Origin: Eledone cirrhosa
Lineage: Eukaryota
Assembly: GCA_964016885.1 (NCBI GenBank)
Contig: OZ024742.1
Location: 257,114,001-257,178,000 of the forward strand
Length of the DNA stretch: 64,000 nt
Reading direction: 5' to 3'
In this document: positions 41,710 through 55,612 of the stretch, in pieces
Layout: each line of letters starts with the position of its first letter
How positions within the stretch are numbered: position 1 is the first letter of the stretch
Notes under the pieces: model-generated
Database searches by the model: none
What the model was told of the DNA's origin: nothing
Seen by the model: the letters and a program-made list of their open reading frames with translations, nothing else
Made by a program: the position numbers and the translations under genes

Positions 41710-44700
41710 TATTGAAGTTTGCTTGAAGCATTGTGGAACATTAACTAAATATCCTTAAGTCGTTTGGAAGCCTCGACAATGCAAATGGGTAAATCTCCGG
41801 GTAACAAGGTTCGGTGTTGGAGAGAGAGATGTAAGTGGGTGTACGTTGAGATGCGTGGTGTGTATAAGATGTGTGAGATGTGTAGAATGAAGGGAAGAGT
41901 ATAAAGGATAAAATAAAATAAACAACACAAGAGAGACTTACCTTGGGAGAGATTTAATAGTCCCTATATATTTCGGATTCACATCCATCAACTGGGGTTT
42001 TTTTCCGGGGTGGGGGAAAAGGTTATCTGTCGGACAAGTGCGGAACGCGTCCTTCGCTGTTTGTTGTTTTTAATATCTGAGGTATTCGGCAGAGCGCGCG
42101 TGCGCGTGAAATAGGGTCGGTCGTACAGAGGTCAGCGGCCGAATGAGGGTGTGGGATGGCGCTAGCTGTCAGTCCATTCTCTGCCTGTTTGTTAATTGTT
42201 ACTGTGTGTGTGCGTGTGTTGTTGTCTCGCTTGAGTGTGTGTGTGTGCGTGTGTTGTTGCCTTGTTCCTCTGTATTGGCAGTGTAGTATGGTCGTATGGT
42301 GGAATGCTACTGTGTGTGTGTGCGTGTGTGTGGGTAGTTGTCTCGTTTGCGTGTGTGTGTGTGTGCGTGTGTTGTGTGTTGTTGCATCGCTTGTTAACTT
42401 AAACCAGCCATCTCATTTCGCTTCTCTCTGATCGGTTGTTTATTTGCGGTTGCAGTCGTTTGATAAAAATCGCTTCCTTGATACGTAACGTGCCGACGTT
42501 TCTTTCAGTCACTAGAATTGTGACAATGGGGCTTCCGTCTTTGTTTCCGCATTTGTCTATGTGTTTCCGGAAAGACGAGGCACTGGTTTTAGTGTGTTGC
42601 TTGATCCGGATGTGCAAAGGTCGAATTGTTCTACCTATGTAGAATTGGTTGCACCTGTCACATTCTATCTTATACACGACGTATGTGCGTAGGCAACAGT
42701 TCGCATGGCGTATCGGGCAGTCTCTAAGGGAGCATGCGTCAGTAGATTTTTCGGGTTTCCTGGAGAGGCATCTTCGCAGGGAGGGGCCCGAGTGGGCCAG
42801 GTGGATGTCGAGGCCCTCCATCCGTATAGCCTTGCGGATAGCGTTGGTGGTTTTCTCGCCCAGGTGTGGAATTTTAAGGAAGCACTTGCCTTGAGTGCTT
42901 CTCTATCTCTTGCGTCTGGTGTCTCCTATTCTGTCTGTGATCGAGGTAGGGTACCCATTCGTCTCCAGCACCTCGACGAATCGCTTGGTATGAATGACAC
43001 CACTCGCGGGATCGCTGCATCTGTTTTTGATTCGCGCGATCTCGTTCGTGATGTATCCTCTGTTGGCACTGTTAGGGAGGGGGGACTTGTAGTGAACGAA
43101 TAGGTCCCTGCAGGCTGCCTTTCGTTAGAAGTTGTAGTGGATCCTTCCCTGTTCCGGAATGTTGATTCGGAAGTCGAGGAGGGCAAGTGACCCGTCTTCG
43201 TTGGGTTGTTCAACACTGAAGTCAATGTTCTCGTCCGTGTTGTTGAACGTCTCATAGATTCTGTTTGCCGTGTCTTGGGAAGATGTGAGGATGAGGATAT
43301 CGTCCACGTACTTTGAGAAAAAGGCTACGGCGTTGGGGTGGCAGGCGTTGAGTGCCTTGCGTTCGAGGTTGTCCATGTAAGAGATCGCTAGCACACCTGA
43401 TAGGCTTGATCCCATGGGCAATCCCGAGGTTTGTTGGTATATTTGGTCAAGGAATCCGAAGTAGGTGTTGTCGAAGACGATGGATAGGAGTTGGTGGATG
43501 TCAGTGGTGGTGAGCCCGAAGCAGTGTAAGTCGGTGGATTGGACGCGTTCCATTAGTATATTGACGGCCGGGATTGCCGGGACCGAGGTGTAGAGAGCGA
43601 CTACATCAAGGCTGAAGGCATATCTGTTATTCCTTCTGGTGTCAGGATCCATTTGATGCAGGCGCTTCAACACCTCCTCGGAGCTGTTAACGTGTCCCGG
43701 CAAGATGTCTAAGATGGGTTCGAGTATTCTGGCTAGGAGCCATGACATTTTGTAGAGCGGTCCCTCCACGCTCGATACAATGGGCCTGATCTTCAGGTCG
43801 GGTCCCTGTTTGTGTGTTTTCACGAGGTGGTAGAAGGCGGGTAGTCTGCTGTTCCTCGTGAGGAAGTTGTATCTCAGCTTCTTCGGGAGCTTCCGCCGGT
43901 CGCAGATGTTGGTCCAGGCGGAGTTGATGTGTTCTTCTATCTGCACGGGAGTGATTCCCGTGACCTTGGAGTAGAGGTTGTCATCGTCAAGGTGTTGGAG
44001 GGCCAGAGTGTTGTAGGCCTCTCTGCTGATGACGCAGAATTATTTTCCCTTGTCGGAGGGGAGATAGATGAGGTTCTTCGATTTTAGGTTGGAGAGAGTG
44101 GTGAGTTGAGATTTGGTGAGGTTATGTGTTGTGCGTGTGTGTGTGTGTTTGTGAAATATATCCGAGATGGAGTGTTTTAGACCCTTGAGTTTAGTGTCGA
44201 GTTCGTGGTTGGTGGGTGGGGGTTGGAGTGGGTTGTCGGGGTGGTAAGTGGGGAACTTGGGTGGGTTGCGTCGGCGCTGTTATTTTCTGTGGCGCTGTTG
44301 ATGGCGGTCACCCATTTAAGTTGGTAAGCGGCTCGACAAAAGTTGGCCTCGATGTTGAGTTTGAGTCTGTCGTCGAGATGTTGTGTGACGATGAACTTAG
44401 GTCCGAGGCGTAGGAGTTTCAGCTCGTCGCTCGTGAGAGTGCCGGTTAGGTCGGTGACCGGATGCGACGCATCGTTGAGGTATGGCTCGGTGTTGGTGGT
44501 TGCGGCGGTGGCGGTTGTTAAGTTGTTGTTTTCCACGTGGTTCTGGTCCGTCTGTTCGTTAGTGTCGATGTTTTCGTTGTGGCGTTTCGACAAGATCCAC
44601 TCATATTTTCGCTTGAGCCGTTTTTTCTCGTATTGGACTCTGGAGTGGTAGCACTGGTCGATTGCTTTAGTGATTTTCAGGAGCAAGTCTCCGGGTGCTA

Positions 44701-44965
44701 TTGGCAGTCAATGTGTCCGTCCTGAGGGTGTCCGCTTATGGACGTGTAATTGGCGGTTGAGATGTCTCAGGATCTGTTTAATACACGTGCGATGTATGCG
44801 GTTAGTGGTGTTTTGGAAGGCTGGTGTACGTAAGCTTACTGGTAAGCGGATGTTCTTGATGGTGTTGTGGATGACATCGTTTTCCCGTTCTTAGCCAGCG
44901 AATGTTCCCACGAACCAAAGTATCGTCTTCCTGTCTTCCTCCGGTTGCAACGATTTTTGAAATAT
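41705..44965 (-). mobile_element. Near-complete Penelope/Poseidon-type PLE (RT plus C-terminal GIY-YIG), few frameshifts
   Basis: LRLGPKF; LPSDKG; FYHLVKTHK..IRPIVS; SLDVVALYTSV; GLPMGSSLS; KYVDDIL; VVYKIECDRCNQFYIGRTIRPLHIRIKQH. Confidence 0.95.
41962..41997 (-). ncRNA. Decayed minimal hammerhead in the 3' pLTR
   Basis: Minus strand: ccc-CaGuUGA-u-ggat gtga atcc-GAAA-tata-UA-ggg; two core substitutions. Confidence 0.65.
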
Positions 44966-44996
44966 CCAGTTCTGCGTTTACAGATTGACTTTGTTA

Positions 44997-45045
44997 GTTT
45001 CAGAAGATCTCATTAAGGGTGAAAGCAGCGATTCTTTGCTTAAAC
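44997..45045 (+). ncRNA. Hammerhead-like motif with a decayed core; family also at 60231-60592 and 49442-49481
   Basis: gttt-CAGAAGA-t-ctc attaa ggg-t-GAAA-gca..tgc-UU-aaac. Confidence 0.5.
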
Positions 45046-45155
45046 TTAATCTGTTATTTTAATAAATATTTGCTCTACAGTTCTTATATATTTGATATAT
45101 ATTTATCCTTATCGAGCCCTCTTTGGATTTTAGACTTCAAATTTTTTATTATTAC

Positions 45156-45274
<119 letters not shown>

Positions 45275-45322
45275 GTATATATGTTTATATATATATGTAT
45301 ATAAATATATATATGTATATAT

Positions 45323-45353
<31 letters not shown>

Positions 45354-45355
45354 CA

Positions 45356-45603
45356 GTATAAAGAAAATGAAGTGATGCATATGGACTTAATTCATTGCGT
45401 CTTACAATTGTTTCGCCGGCAGGTAGCTCCAGACATGGTCCCTGTATGGATCTGGCTGATTCTACGGTGCAGGTTCTTTCAGACACGGGTATTACCGTCG
45501 TAGCAAATGTTATAATTTGTCTCGAGCTACCTGCCGGCGAAACAATTGTAACACGCAATAAATTAAGTCCAGATGCATCAATGATTTTTCGTTTTCTTTA
45601 CAC
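45356..45603 (+). repeat. Inverted repeat (~80-bp arms) with a half-hammerhead
   Basis: Arms ~45356-45434 and 45518-45603; GAAACAATTGTA at 45539-45550. Confidence 0.85.
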
Positions 45604-45685
45604 TTTCTACACTCTTCTCTGCTGAATATCGAGTACTAATTTTGGCATACCGCATATGGAATCACCATAGCTACCATTATACACA

Positions 45686-45719
<34 letters not shown>

Positions 45720-45725
<6 letters not shown>

Positions 45726-46280
45726 TATGTATGTATACGTACATACATATATGTATACAGACGTACAGTAGCATGCATATATATATATATATACACATAT
45801 ATATATATATATATATACATACAGGTACACATACATATATGCACGCATCAGTTTAGCGGACGATTGCCGCTTTGTTCGTTTGTCAACAAACTGAACAGCC
45901 TGAATTTATGCCATACGGTGTTAAGGCAACCACGTCACCTTTTTCTTCAACACTGACACAGGAACGATGTACTAGTTTCAAGCTTGTTAGCTATCATCAG
46001 CACCGTTTACCCATCTGCCAGATAGTTGAACGTTCGAAAGTATATACTTTCCTTATGAAAATTAACGGCTGAGCAGCCTAATTTGCATATTGAGTGTGTT
46101 AAATCGGTCAGGCATACCGAAAACTAGTACATCGTTCCTGTGTCAGTGTTGAACAAAAAGGTGACGTGGTTGCCTTAACACCGTATGGCATAAATTCAGG
46201 GTGTTCAGTTTGTTGACAAACGAACAAAGCGGCAATCGTCCGCTAAACTGATGCGTGCATATATGTATGTGTACCTGTAT

Positions 46281-46349
<69 letters not shown>

Positions 46350-46460
46350 TGCTACTGTACGTCTGTATACATATATGTATGTACGTATACATACATACTT
46401 ACATTTAAGTAAGTGCCATACTAAGAGTGAGAAATGAAATTTCGTCTTCATTTTTTTCAA
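45720..46460. mobile_element. Head-to-head pair of the ~444-nt HHR repeat family
   Basis: 45720-45978 is the reverse complement of 46121-46400; (TA)n on both sides. Confidence 0.85.
45965..46005 (-). ncRNA. Minimal type I hammerhead, intact
   Basis: Minus strand: cggtg-CUGAUGA-t-agct aaca agct-t-GAAA-ctag-UA-catcg. Confidence 0.85.
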
Positions 46461-46548
46461 CTTATATATATATATATATATATATATAGCTTGAAATCTA
46501 TCTTTCTCTTTTTATAGTTATTTACTGCTTCAGTAAATAACTATAAAT

Positions 46549-47056
46549 GGTTGTAATTGCAGAAATAGAAGCGTTTACCCCTTAAATGGCAACTGTTTGA
46601 TTAATAATTGTTTCTACTTTAGGCACAAGGCCAGCAATTAACCAGTGCATTACTGGTACTTTATTTTATCGACCTGTTTGATTAATAATGTAATATATAA
46701 ATGCACTATGTCTACTACTGACTCCAACAAATCATATATAAGGTCTACATCGAACACATTTAAGAAAATATATTACGCATACTCCAGTTGCTTTAACAAT
46801 ACTAAACTAGTTAACACCACATCTTTAGCTGAAGCAGTAAATAACTATAAAAAGAAAAAAAATAGATTTCAAGCTATCGTGGAATACCATTCTGCAAATA
46901 ACTCCATATCTTGGGAACAGGAGAGAATGCAGATTATGTTCCGGGGAGATCTTGGAACTTACTAAATCTAAGGACGATTTATAGAATAAATGACAGGAAC
47001 TGATTATAGCTTATAATCACCGTATACGAAACACATTTAAGTTCTATAAACCTAAT
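46549..47056 (+). mobile_element. Naiad GIY-YIG relic interrupted by a SINE fragment with a 16-bp TSD
   Basis: GCNCRNRSVYPLNGNC/LINNVIYKC..SYIRST; TSD ctgtttgattaataat at 46593-46608 and 46674-46689. Confidence 0.8.
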
Positions 47057-47345
47057 TAAACATTCCAAGGAGCAACTCACTATAGTTCTATGTGACGTAC
47101 CATTATACGCCTTCCTGTTTATTTTTTTATTTTTTAACCTTTTAATTTTGTAGCTTCCATAGATTCATGCGTACTGACTAAGGGCATCATGGTACATAAC
47201 CACCTGTAATTGAATTGGTATACATGTATCTATGTATGTAGGATAGGAGAATATATATATATATATATATATATGTGTGTATATGTGTATGTGTGTGTAT
47301 ATGTGTATGTACATGTATGTGGTTGTACATGTATGTATGTATGTA

Positions 47346-47378
<33 letters not shown>

Positions 47379-47711
47379 GTTTGTGTGCGTGTATGTATGT
47401 ATTTGTATATGTTTATATATATGTATGCGTATGTATGTTTTTAATGGAGTTCCAATGTTATTATACCTCTTCTATATATGTGAATATATGTACTTTTGTG
47501 GTCTAAGAAAATTATGCGTTTTGACTATATGTCAAGATGCATTGTATCTGAGTTTGATTACTTATACATTAGAAAATATTTACTATTTTATATTTATGAT
47601 GCATCAGACGCTGTATTATACTATATACAATGTACCATACTATACTATATTATATTACATTATAATATAGTATAGTATGGTACATTGTATATAGTATAAT
47701 ATACAATTATC

Positions 47712-47810
47712 GATGTTGACTTTTCCTTTCATCCTTACGGGGTCGATAAAATAAAGTACCAGTAATGCACCGAATAATTGCTGGTCTTGTGCCTAAAGTA
47801 GAAACAATTA
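47712..47810 (+). mobile_element. 5'-truncated SINE
   Basis: Core and tail match the family. Confidence 0.85.
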
Positions 47811-48843
47811 TATTATATTATTATATTATCATATTTTATTATCTTATTATAATTTTCATCTTTTAATATACTATCCTTCCTAGTTATGACCATTACTTTA
47901 CCTATCTATATTTATCCTAGTTATTTCTGTATATTTTATACTTACTTATTTATATTCACCTAAAAATTCCATACAACACAACTCAACATTTAACTTTTAC
48001 ATTCTTTTTTAAACTCCACTCCACCATCTACATTCCACTATCAATATAACAATTCCTATTTATTCATAGGTTCTTTATAGTAATTCTATTTTTAACACCA
48101 TTCAACCATTCCTTTTAAAGGGTCATGACCTCAACTAAAGTGAGTTATATTTCATATTAATATCATATGTCAAAAAACCATTTGATTGGTTTGTTCTTCA
48201 GCTACGTCCAAATAATTTCATAGAACTCAATTTACTATTGATTTTGAATAAAATTGTCATTGCCTTTGACTACAGCTGATGATATACATGTAGGTAAATA
48301 TATTCCTTATTTGATATTTTGTAATTAACCATACATAGATCGATAACGAAGTATGCGTACGATGTATTATTATCACCTAAAAACGATCGCAAACAGTGAA
48401 GTATATCTCTAATGATTTGAAATTTTATTTCATTGTTTTAACTTATATCATGACTCTGTTTTCCTTTTGATGTTTTATTGTTTTCCGGGATTTATTTTAA
48501 CCTACAACATTTTCAACATATGGATTACATTGAGTTCATCATGCAGACTAGACCCCACAACTAACCGTGGATACTTCTGTGAGTATATATATATATGTAT
48601 GTATGTGAAAGTTAAACAGAAATAGAAACACAATCGTACAGTATATGAAATGTATATATTAGGTTAATGCCTGATATAGAAGGAAGAGCGTCTTAACTTT
48701 TCGGACGCTAGTACTTCATCAAAAGAAAGAATGAGAAATAAAGTAGATTGAATGTACGGGCAGGATGGAATTGGTAAAAATGTCTTTAGATAAAAAATAA
48801 AAGGTCCATTCATGTTGACATCTCAAGTATAAATATATATGTC

Positions 48844-48965
<122 letters not shown>

Positions 48966-49152
48966 AACCAGTAAGACCCCGACAGCTGAGCTCAAGCCGT
49001 TTCGACGGCTAATTCTGTCCAGAATTAGCCGTCGAAACGGCTTGAGCTCAGCTGTCGGGGTCTTACTGGTTCCTACTACCCACTCTACTACCTCAAGTAT
49101 TGAGTACTTTGGTGCGTTTTGGTCCACCTGGTTCCTTACCACATTTCCTTCG

Positions 49153-49214
<62 letters not shown>

Positions 49215-49223
49215 ATATACATA

Positions 49224-49268
<45 letters not shown>

Positions 49269-49353
49269 CGAAGGAAATGTGGTAAGGACCCAGGTGGACC
49301 AAAACGCACCAAAGTACTATATATTTATATATATATATATATATATATACATA

Positions 49354-49428
<75 letters not shown>

Positions 49429-50189
49429 TTTTTTTTTTTTTATTAAAATATCAGATTAAAGTTTAAGCAAAGAATCGCTGCATATATATATAGATATATA
49501 TAGATATAGATATATAGAAATTCCTGTATACCTATATATATAGGCAAAGGGATATTTAATTTGTTGGTAATTCAACAAATATATTTATAACAGATTCGAA
49601 GTACTCGACACATTTTCTGATATTTATTAATGGAAACTATATTTATGAAATCATATTTATTCCATTATAGAATAGTACACAAGAGTACACAAATTTGCTA
49701 CGCGCTCATCAGATAAAATACAAAGTTTGTTTCAGAAATAGTGACATACCCAGGAATCAGACCTTAAAGGTTTTAAGTTCCGTTTGGATAGTGAATGAAA
49801 AGAGGGAAAAAGAGGAAGAAAGTAAAAATACAAATATTTCAAATCATTTTGATGAATATGCAAATGAAGTTGGAGTTCAGGGCTGAAGATAATCGTTACT
49901 TTTAGACGCTAGCTAGATTTAAATAATAATTAGGATATATATATATATATGCAGGAAGAAGAAAGAGAAGCTTATATTAATAATATTACAATGTACGTAA
50001 ATTTAAAATTTAAAACGTTAAACATTTAACATTTTGTTGAAGTGGTGGAATATCAATCCAGAATTTAAAAAATATTTAACTAAATTGTATATTATATATA
50101 TTATATATTTTGTATATATATATATTATAATGGTTATATATATTATATATATAATCATTATAATTAGATTACATGAAGAGTTATTGTTG

Positions 50190-51600
50190 TAAGTACATTT
50201 TATCTTATTATATTACACCAGGTTGTAAATATATAAATATCTGTATAGATTGATAAATATATAAATATAAATATTATTGGTGATTATATGCTGTTATTTT
50301 TTATAGTTATATAACACTCGTATTAATTTGTTTACATTTCTAATATAAATTACGAAGGATGTTCAGTTTGCATTTTAAATATATAGTTTAAAACAACGGC
50401 GTAGTTCAAATTTTAAGAGAAGAACATTTTGTACATTCAAATAGTTTCATAAAATAATTGAAAATATTCACAGAAAATCTTAAATTAGCGGAATTACATA
50501 GAAATTAACATACAAGTTGTTATCCAGTATATCCATGTTTGCTCAATTGTAAAGGAAAAGATGACTCCAATTGTATTTGTTAAACTATTAATGTTAGATT
50601 TGATGAATAATTTTCTTAGAAAATATGGAATGTATGTAGAGAAAATTATATATTATTTTGTGTAAGATTATAAGGTATCGTATATTACATGTTTTCAAGA
50701 ATGAGAATTTCAATTATATATGTATCTACATCGATAGATGTGTGAAAAGTTATTAGATACGTCAAGAGTGCATTTAGAAAAACTATCGTAATGAGGAGAT
50801 CACTCAAAATGTCAATTAAAAATTAACAATCTAAACAAATACATTAAGAAGAGTATCATTTGGAAAAGAATATCATTGGTAAAAATATTAATTTAAGAAG
50901 AAAAAGTTCATTTAAAAAAACATCACTAAACAACAGACGCATTGTAAAGACATTTAAGATGTAGTCAAGTGTAATGAATATTATAGATTAAAAATACTTC
51001 GAAAAGTCGTTCTTTGGCGATGCCTGCAAGAACTGAATAATTAATGTTTTTTTTAATTTATAGAATTTTGATTGTTAATTATATAACAAAATTCCTCGAT
51101 ACACAAATGACAGATTTTTGAGAGAGCCATATTTCGGTATGCGGATGCTTTCGAAATCGTTCCCCAGGTTATTGAATAGTCTATATTATTGTCCTTTAAC
51201 CACCAAATTAGATCTGAAAGTGATGTGGAAGATTTTTTATCGGATCTATTAAATGTATGATAATTTCTATGTAATTTTGCTGACTTAATAATTTTCTTTA
51301 AATATTTTCAATTTTTTATGAAACTATTTCAATGTACAAAATGTTCTTCTCTTAAAATTTGAAGTACGTCTTTTTTATTAACTATATATTTAAAATTTCA
51401 ACTCAACATTCTTCGTAATTCACATTAGAAATGTAAATAAATTAATACAATCTATATATCAATAAAAAATAACACCAATTAACCACCAATAATATTTATA
51501 TTTATATATTTACTAATCTATATAGATATTTATATATTTATAACCTGTTGTAATATAAGAAGATATATATATATATATATATATATATAAATGTACTTTG
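50190..51600. mobile_element. Old AT-rich element with ~350-bp inverted repeats (foldback/MULE-like or inverted pLTR)
   Basis: 50190-50540 is the diverged reverse complement of 51240-51600. Confidence 0.6.
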
Positions 51601-52154
51601 AGTGTTTCGAATATTAATAATAATATTCGGTTGATTTGCAATTATGCAAATAGCCTTTTATATATGCCTTGTCAGTAGAATGTGCTCTTCATTCTCCCTC
51701 TTGTGCATACTTGCAAACGAATCGAATATTATTATCAACATTCGAAATCTAAGATTACACTTATTATGTTTAGCCAAGTAGAGCCATAACTAGTTGTAAT
51801 ATATATATATATTACAACTAGTTATGGCTCTACTTGGCTAAACACAATAAATGTAATCTTAGATTTCGAATGTTGATAATAATATTCGATTCATTTTCAA
51901 GTATGCACTAGAGCGAGAATGAAGAGCACGTTCTACTGACATGTTATATATAAGAGAAAGTGGATTCAATAAAAGTTATATATATAACAAAGGAATTGTG
52001 GTAAGGAACCAGATAGATCATAACGCACCAGAGTACTCAATACTCAGGGTAGTAGAGTGGGAAATAGGAAAAAGTATGACCGCGACGGCAGAGCCCGAGC
52101 CGTTTCGGCAGCTATTTCTGAACTAAAAAAAAGTCCAGAAATAGCCGTCGAAAC

Positions 52155-52178
52155 ATACGTACATATATATATGTGTGC

Positions 52179-52265
<87 letters not shown>

Positions 52266-52799
52266 CTACTGTACGTCTGTATATATATATGTATGTACGT
52301 GTACGTACTTATATTTAAGTAACTGCCGTACTAAGAGTGGGAAATGAAATTTCGTTTCATTTTTTCCGTTTAGCGTTTTCGGTGCACCCCGCCGATTAAC
52401 CCACTCGATATGCAAATTGGGCTACTCAGCCGTTAATATGCATAATGTAAGTATATACGTTCAACAATATGGCAGGAAGGTATACGTTGCTGACGATAGC
52501 TAATAAGCTTGAAACTAGTACAGCGTTCCTTTGTCAGTGTTGAACAAACGAGCAACGATGGTTGCTGGACACTACGGCTTAATACGGGATTTTTGTTTAC
52601 AAACACACCGAGCATTATAATAAATGTTCGGTAAACCCATACGTACATATATATATATATGTGTGCATGCATGTATATATATATATATTTATACATACTA
52701 CTGTACGTCTGTATACATATATGTATGTACGTGTACATACTTATATTAAAGTAACAGCCGTACTAAGAGTGGGAAATGAAATTTCGTTTCATTTTTTCC

Positions 52800-52803
<4 letters not shown>
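52155..52803 (+). mobile_element. ~444-nt HHR repeat family, 1.4-mer
   Basis: Tail acatactactgtacg..ttcattttttcc occurs at 52261-52367 and again at 52693-52799; ends in (TA)n. Confidence 0.85.
52485..52525 (+). ncRNA. Minimal type I hammerhead, intact
   Basis: cgttg-CUGACGA-t-agct aata agct-t-GAAA-ctag-UA-cagcg. Confidence 0.85.
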
Positions 52804-52830
<27 letters not shown>

Positions 52831-53921
52831 ACTTTTATACTTTTATTTGATCCACTTTCTCTGGAGTTTCAGCTGTTTATCACACGTACATCAGAGAAGC
52901 CTCTTGCCCATGTGTATATATGGAAAACTCTATTTTGCCCTAATAAAATGAATATTAAAACTCTACTTTCATATTGAGTACGCCTTACACTCTGTCTTCA
53001 TCCACATACGGAATCACCTAAGACAGCTGAAAATGTATGTTATATAATCTATTATCCTGCACTGTGTATTTTTCATTTGCATTTCATCAGATAGGTATGG
53101 AGGAAAGCTATGTTTCGCTGGATCCGGTCACGTTTATATAGTAAATCCAGCATGCAGATAGTTACATCATCAAAGTATATATCGTCATATTTATCAACAA
53201 TAAGCATGCAAATTTAAAACTAGAATAAATAAATATTTATATATATATACATGCATTCACATATTTCATATGTAAAATCAATGAAGAGCAAAATGGAAAA
53301 GAAGTCAATGGAATATGCTTGTAAGTCATTAGAGAAAATGAGACTGATTTCGAGTGGACAGTGTATTCTCTAATCCATCAAATATAGTTCGTTATGCCAC
53401 AGGGTATAAATGCGTATCAAATCTACATGGGTTCCACATATCACATTATGAAATCACTGCAGTATGGAATATAATAATATTATATATGTGAGTCTATTTA
53501 ACAAAGAAATATACTTGTGTTGGGTTTTTTATATTTGGTGGTGGAGATGTAAATTTTCCAATGCAAGAAATGGGTTGCAGAATTTAGGAGTATTTGTACA
53601 TAGCATTGGATAAGACGTTTCGTTCAATCGGAGGCAATGATTAATGACTCACACTAAATTACATTTATTATATTGTGTGGAAAATCTCGGACAATGGCGT
53701 ATTTATTTAGGAAGTTTTCAACGAAGTTAGTTAATAATAATAAATGACAGTAGATACTGATTTGTAATCATCTCTTATGATTGTGGGTTAGTCATTTCAG
53801 GTAATCTCCGGCCATAAACTAATAGCAATATTATGTTTATGTGCAGGCAATAATAATCAGACTTCTAAATAGAACACGTTTCGAAACAGCCACACACACG
53901 CACACATACACACACACACAC

Positions 53922-53960
<39 letters not shown>

Positions 53961-54105
53961 TACACACACACACACATACACATACACACACACACACACG
54001 CAGCCACACACACAACATACACACACACACACGCGCACACACACATACATACACACACACACATAGACACACAGAGACAAAGACACACATTCATATCTAT
54101 ATAAG

Positions 54106-54264
<159 letters not shown>

Positions 54265-55521
54265 TTATATATTTCCCCTGCAGCCAGTGATAAAACTGAT
54301 TATAACTCTCTGACATTTAAAATTATTACTGCCATTAGATAGAGATTCCAGTAAATCTTTGGAGCATAAACAGAGATAAATTAGCGAACTACCTACAAAA
54401 TGGTCTCTACATTTCTCATCTAAAATGCAAAGCTATTAATGTTTCATGCGGCAAATTTTAAGAGACTGTCCGCTGACCGAAGCGATAGACTAAAATTGTT
54501 CACTAGTCTAGATTTGACTACGAAATGATGTTATAACTTACTGTCAAATATACACTCAACTTCGCACTGATAATTAATTCACGCCCTTATCCTCCACTAT
54601 GCTCCACTAGGCAAACATATATATTAGATATTGAGATATATGAAACGAATAGTGATACACCAATTGATGAAGGTTCATGATCGTAAAGTCGTGTGTTCGT
54701 TTCTGGCTGTTCATTTATTTCTTTGAGCAATCAATTTATTTAACATTGTTGTAATCAACTGTGACTGTGATTCAAATGCTCTATATTTCACCTACTGTAT
54801 CCCACTGTTTCTCGCTTGGAATTACGTATATGACTACATGTGACTCTGAAATGCTTAGCAACCTGACCACTACTTTTCTGATCAGGTTGTCCCGGTGATT
54901 AAATAACCAAAAGAGACTTTGTTGGTGTCGAGGCAGATCTACCAACACGGGAAGGTTTTCAGAGGTTTACTTTTCAGATATATATAGAGGTATGACCACG
55001 TAGTTAAAGAAGTCACTTTGGAAGTGTTAAGGTCACACATTACATCCCACTGATTGATACACAAACAGTTCGACAAGAACGATTTGAGTGAAATTCGGTA
55101 GAAGAAACGGAAATTTGACGGAAGCCTATCGAATGGATTTCAACAGTACTTCAAAGATCCAGCCGTACAGCAAATTGAATTATGCTGATCGACTTGGGAA
55201 TTGCTATAATGATAATCAGGCTGTAAAACACGCGAAACCTTGCAAGCTATATGACGAATAAGACGTAAAATTGATTGAGATACTGAATGACCACCGTGGA
55301 AATCATCATAGCCTTGAGGTATGCACTTTGTTTCAGATGATAATAAGTTGCAGCAACTAGAATTTAAAAAAAGACAATTGAAATAATTTACTTATGCTAT
55401 AAGTGGAAAGTAAGATACATATCTTAAGTCGGTGATGTACTGAGTGTCGTATACAAAATATTTTAGTGTAAGTATATAAATAGCTTCTCTATTTATCGTT
55501 GTATATATATATATGTATGCA

Positions 55522-55612
<91 letters not shown>

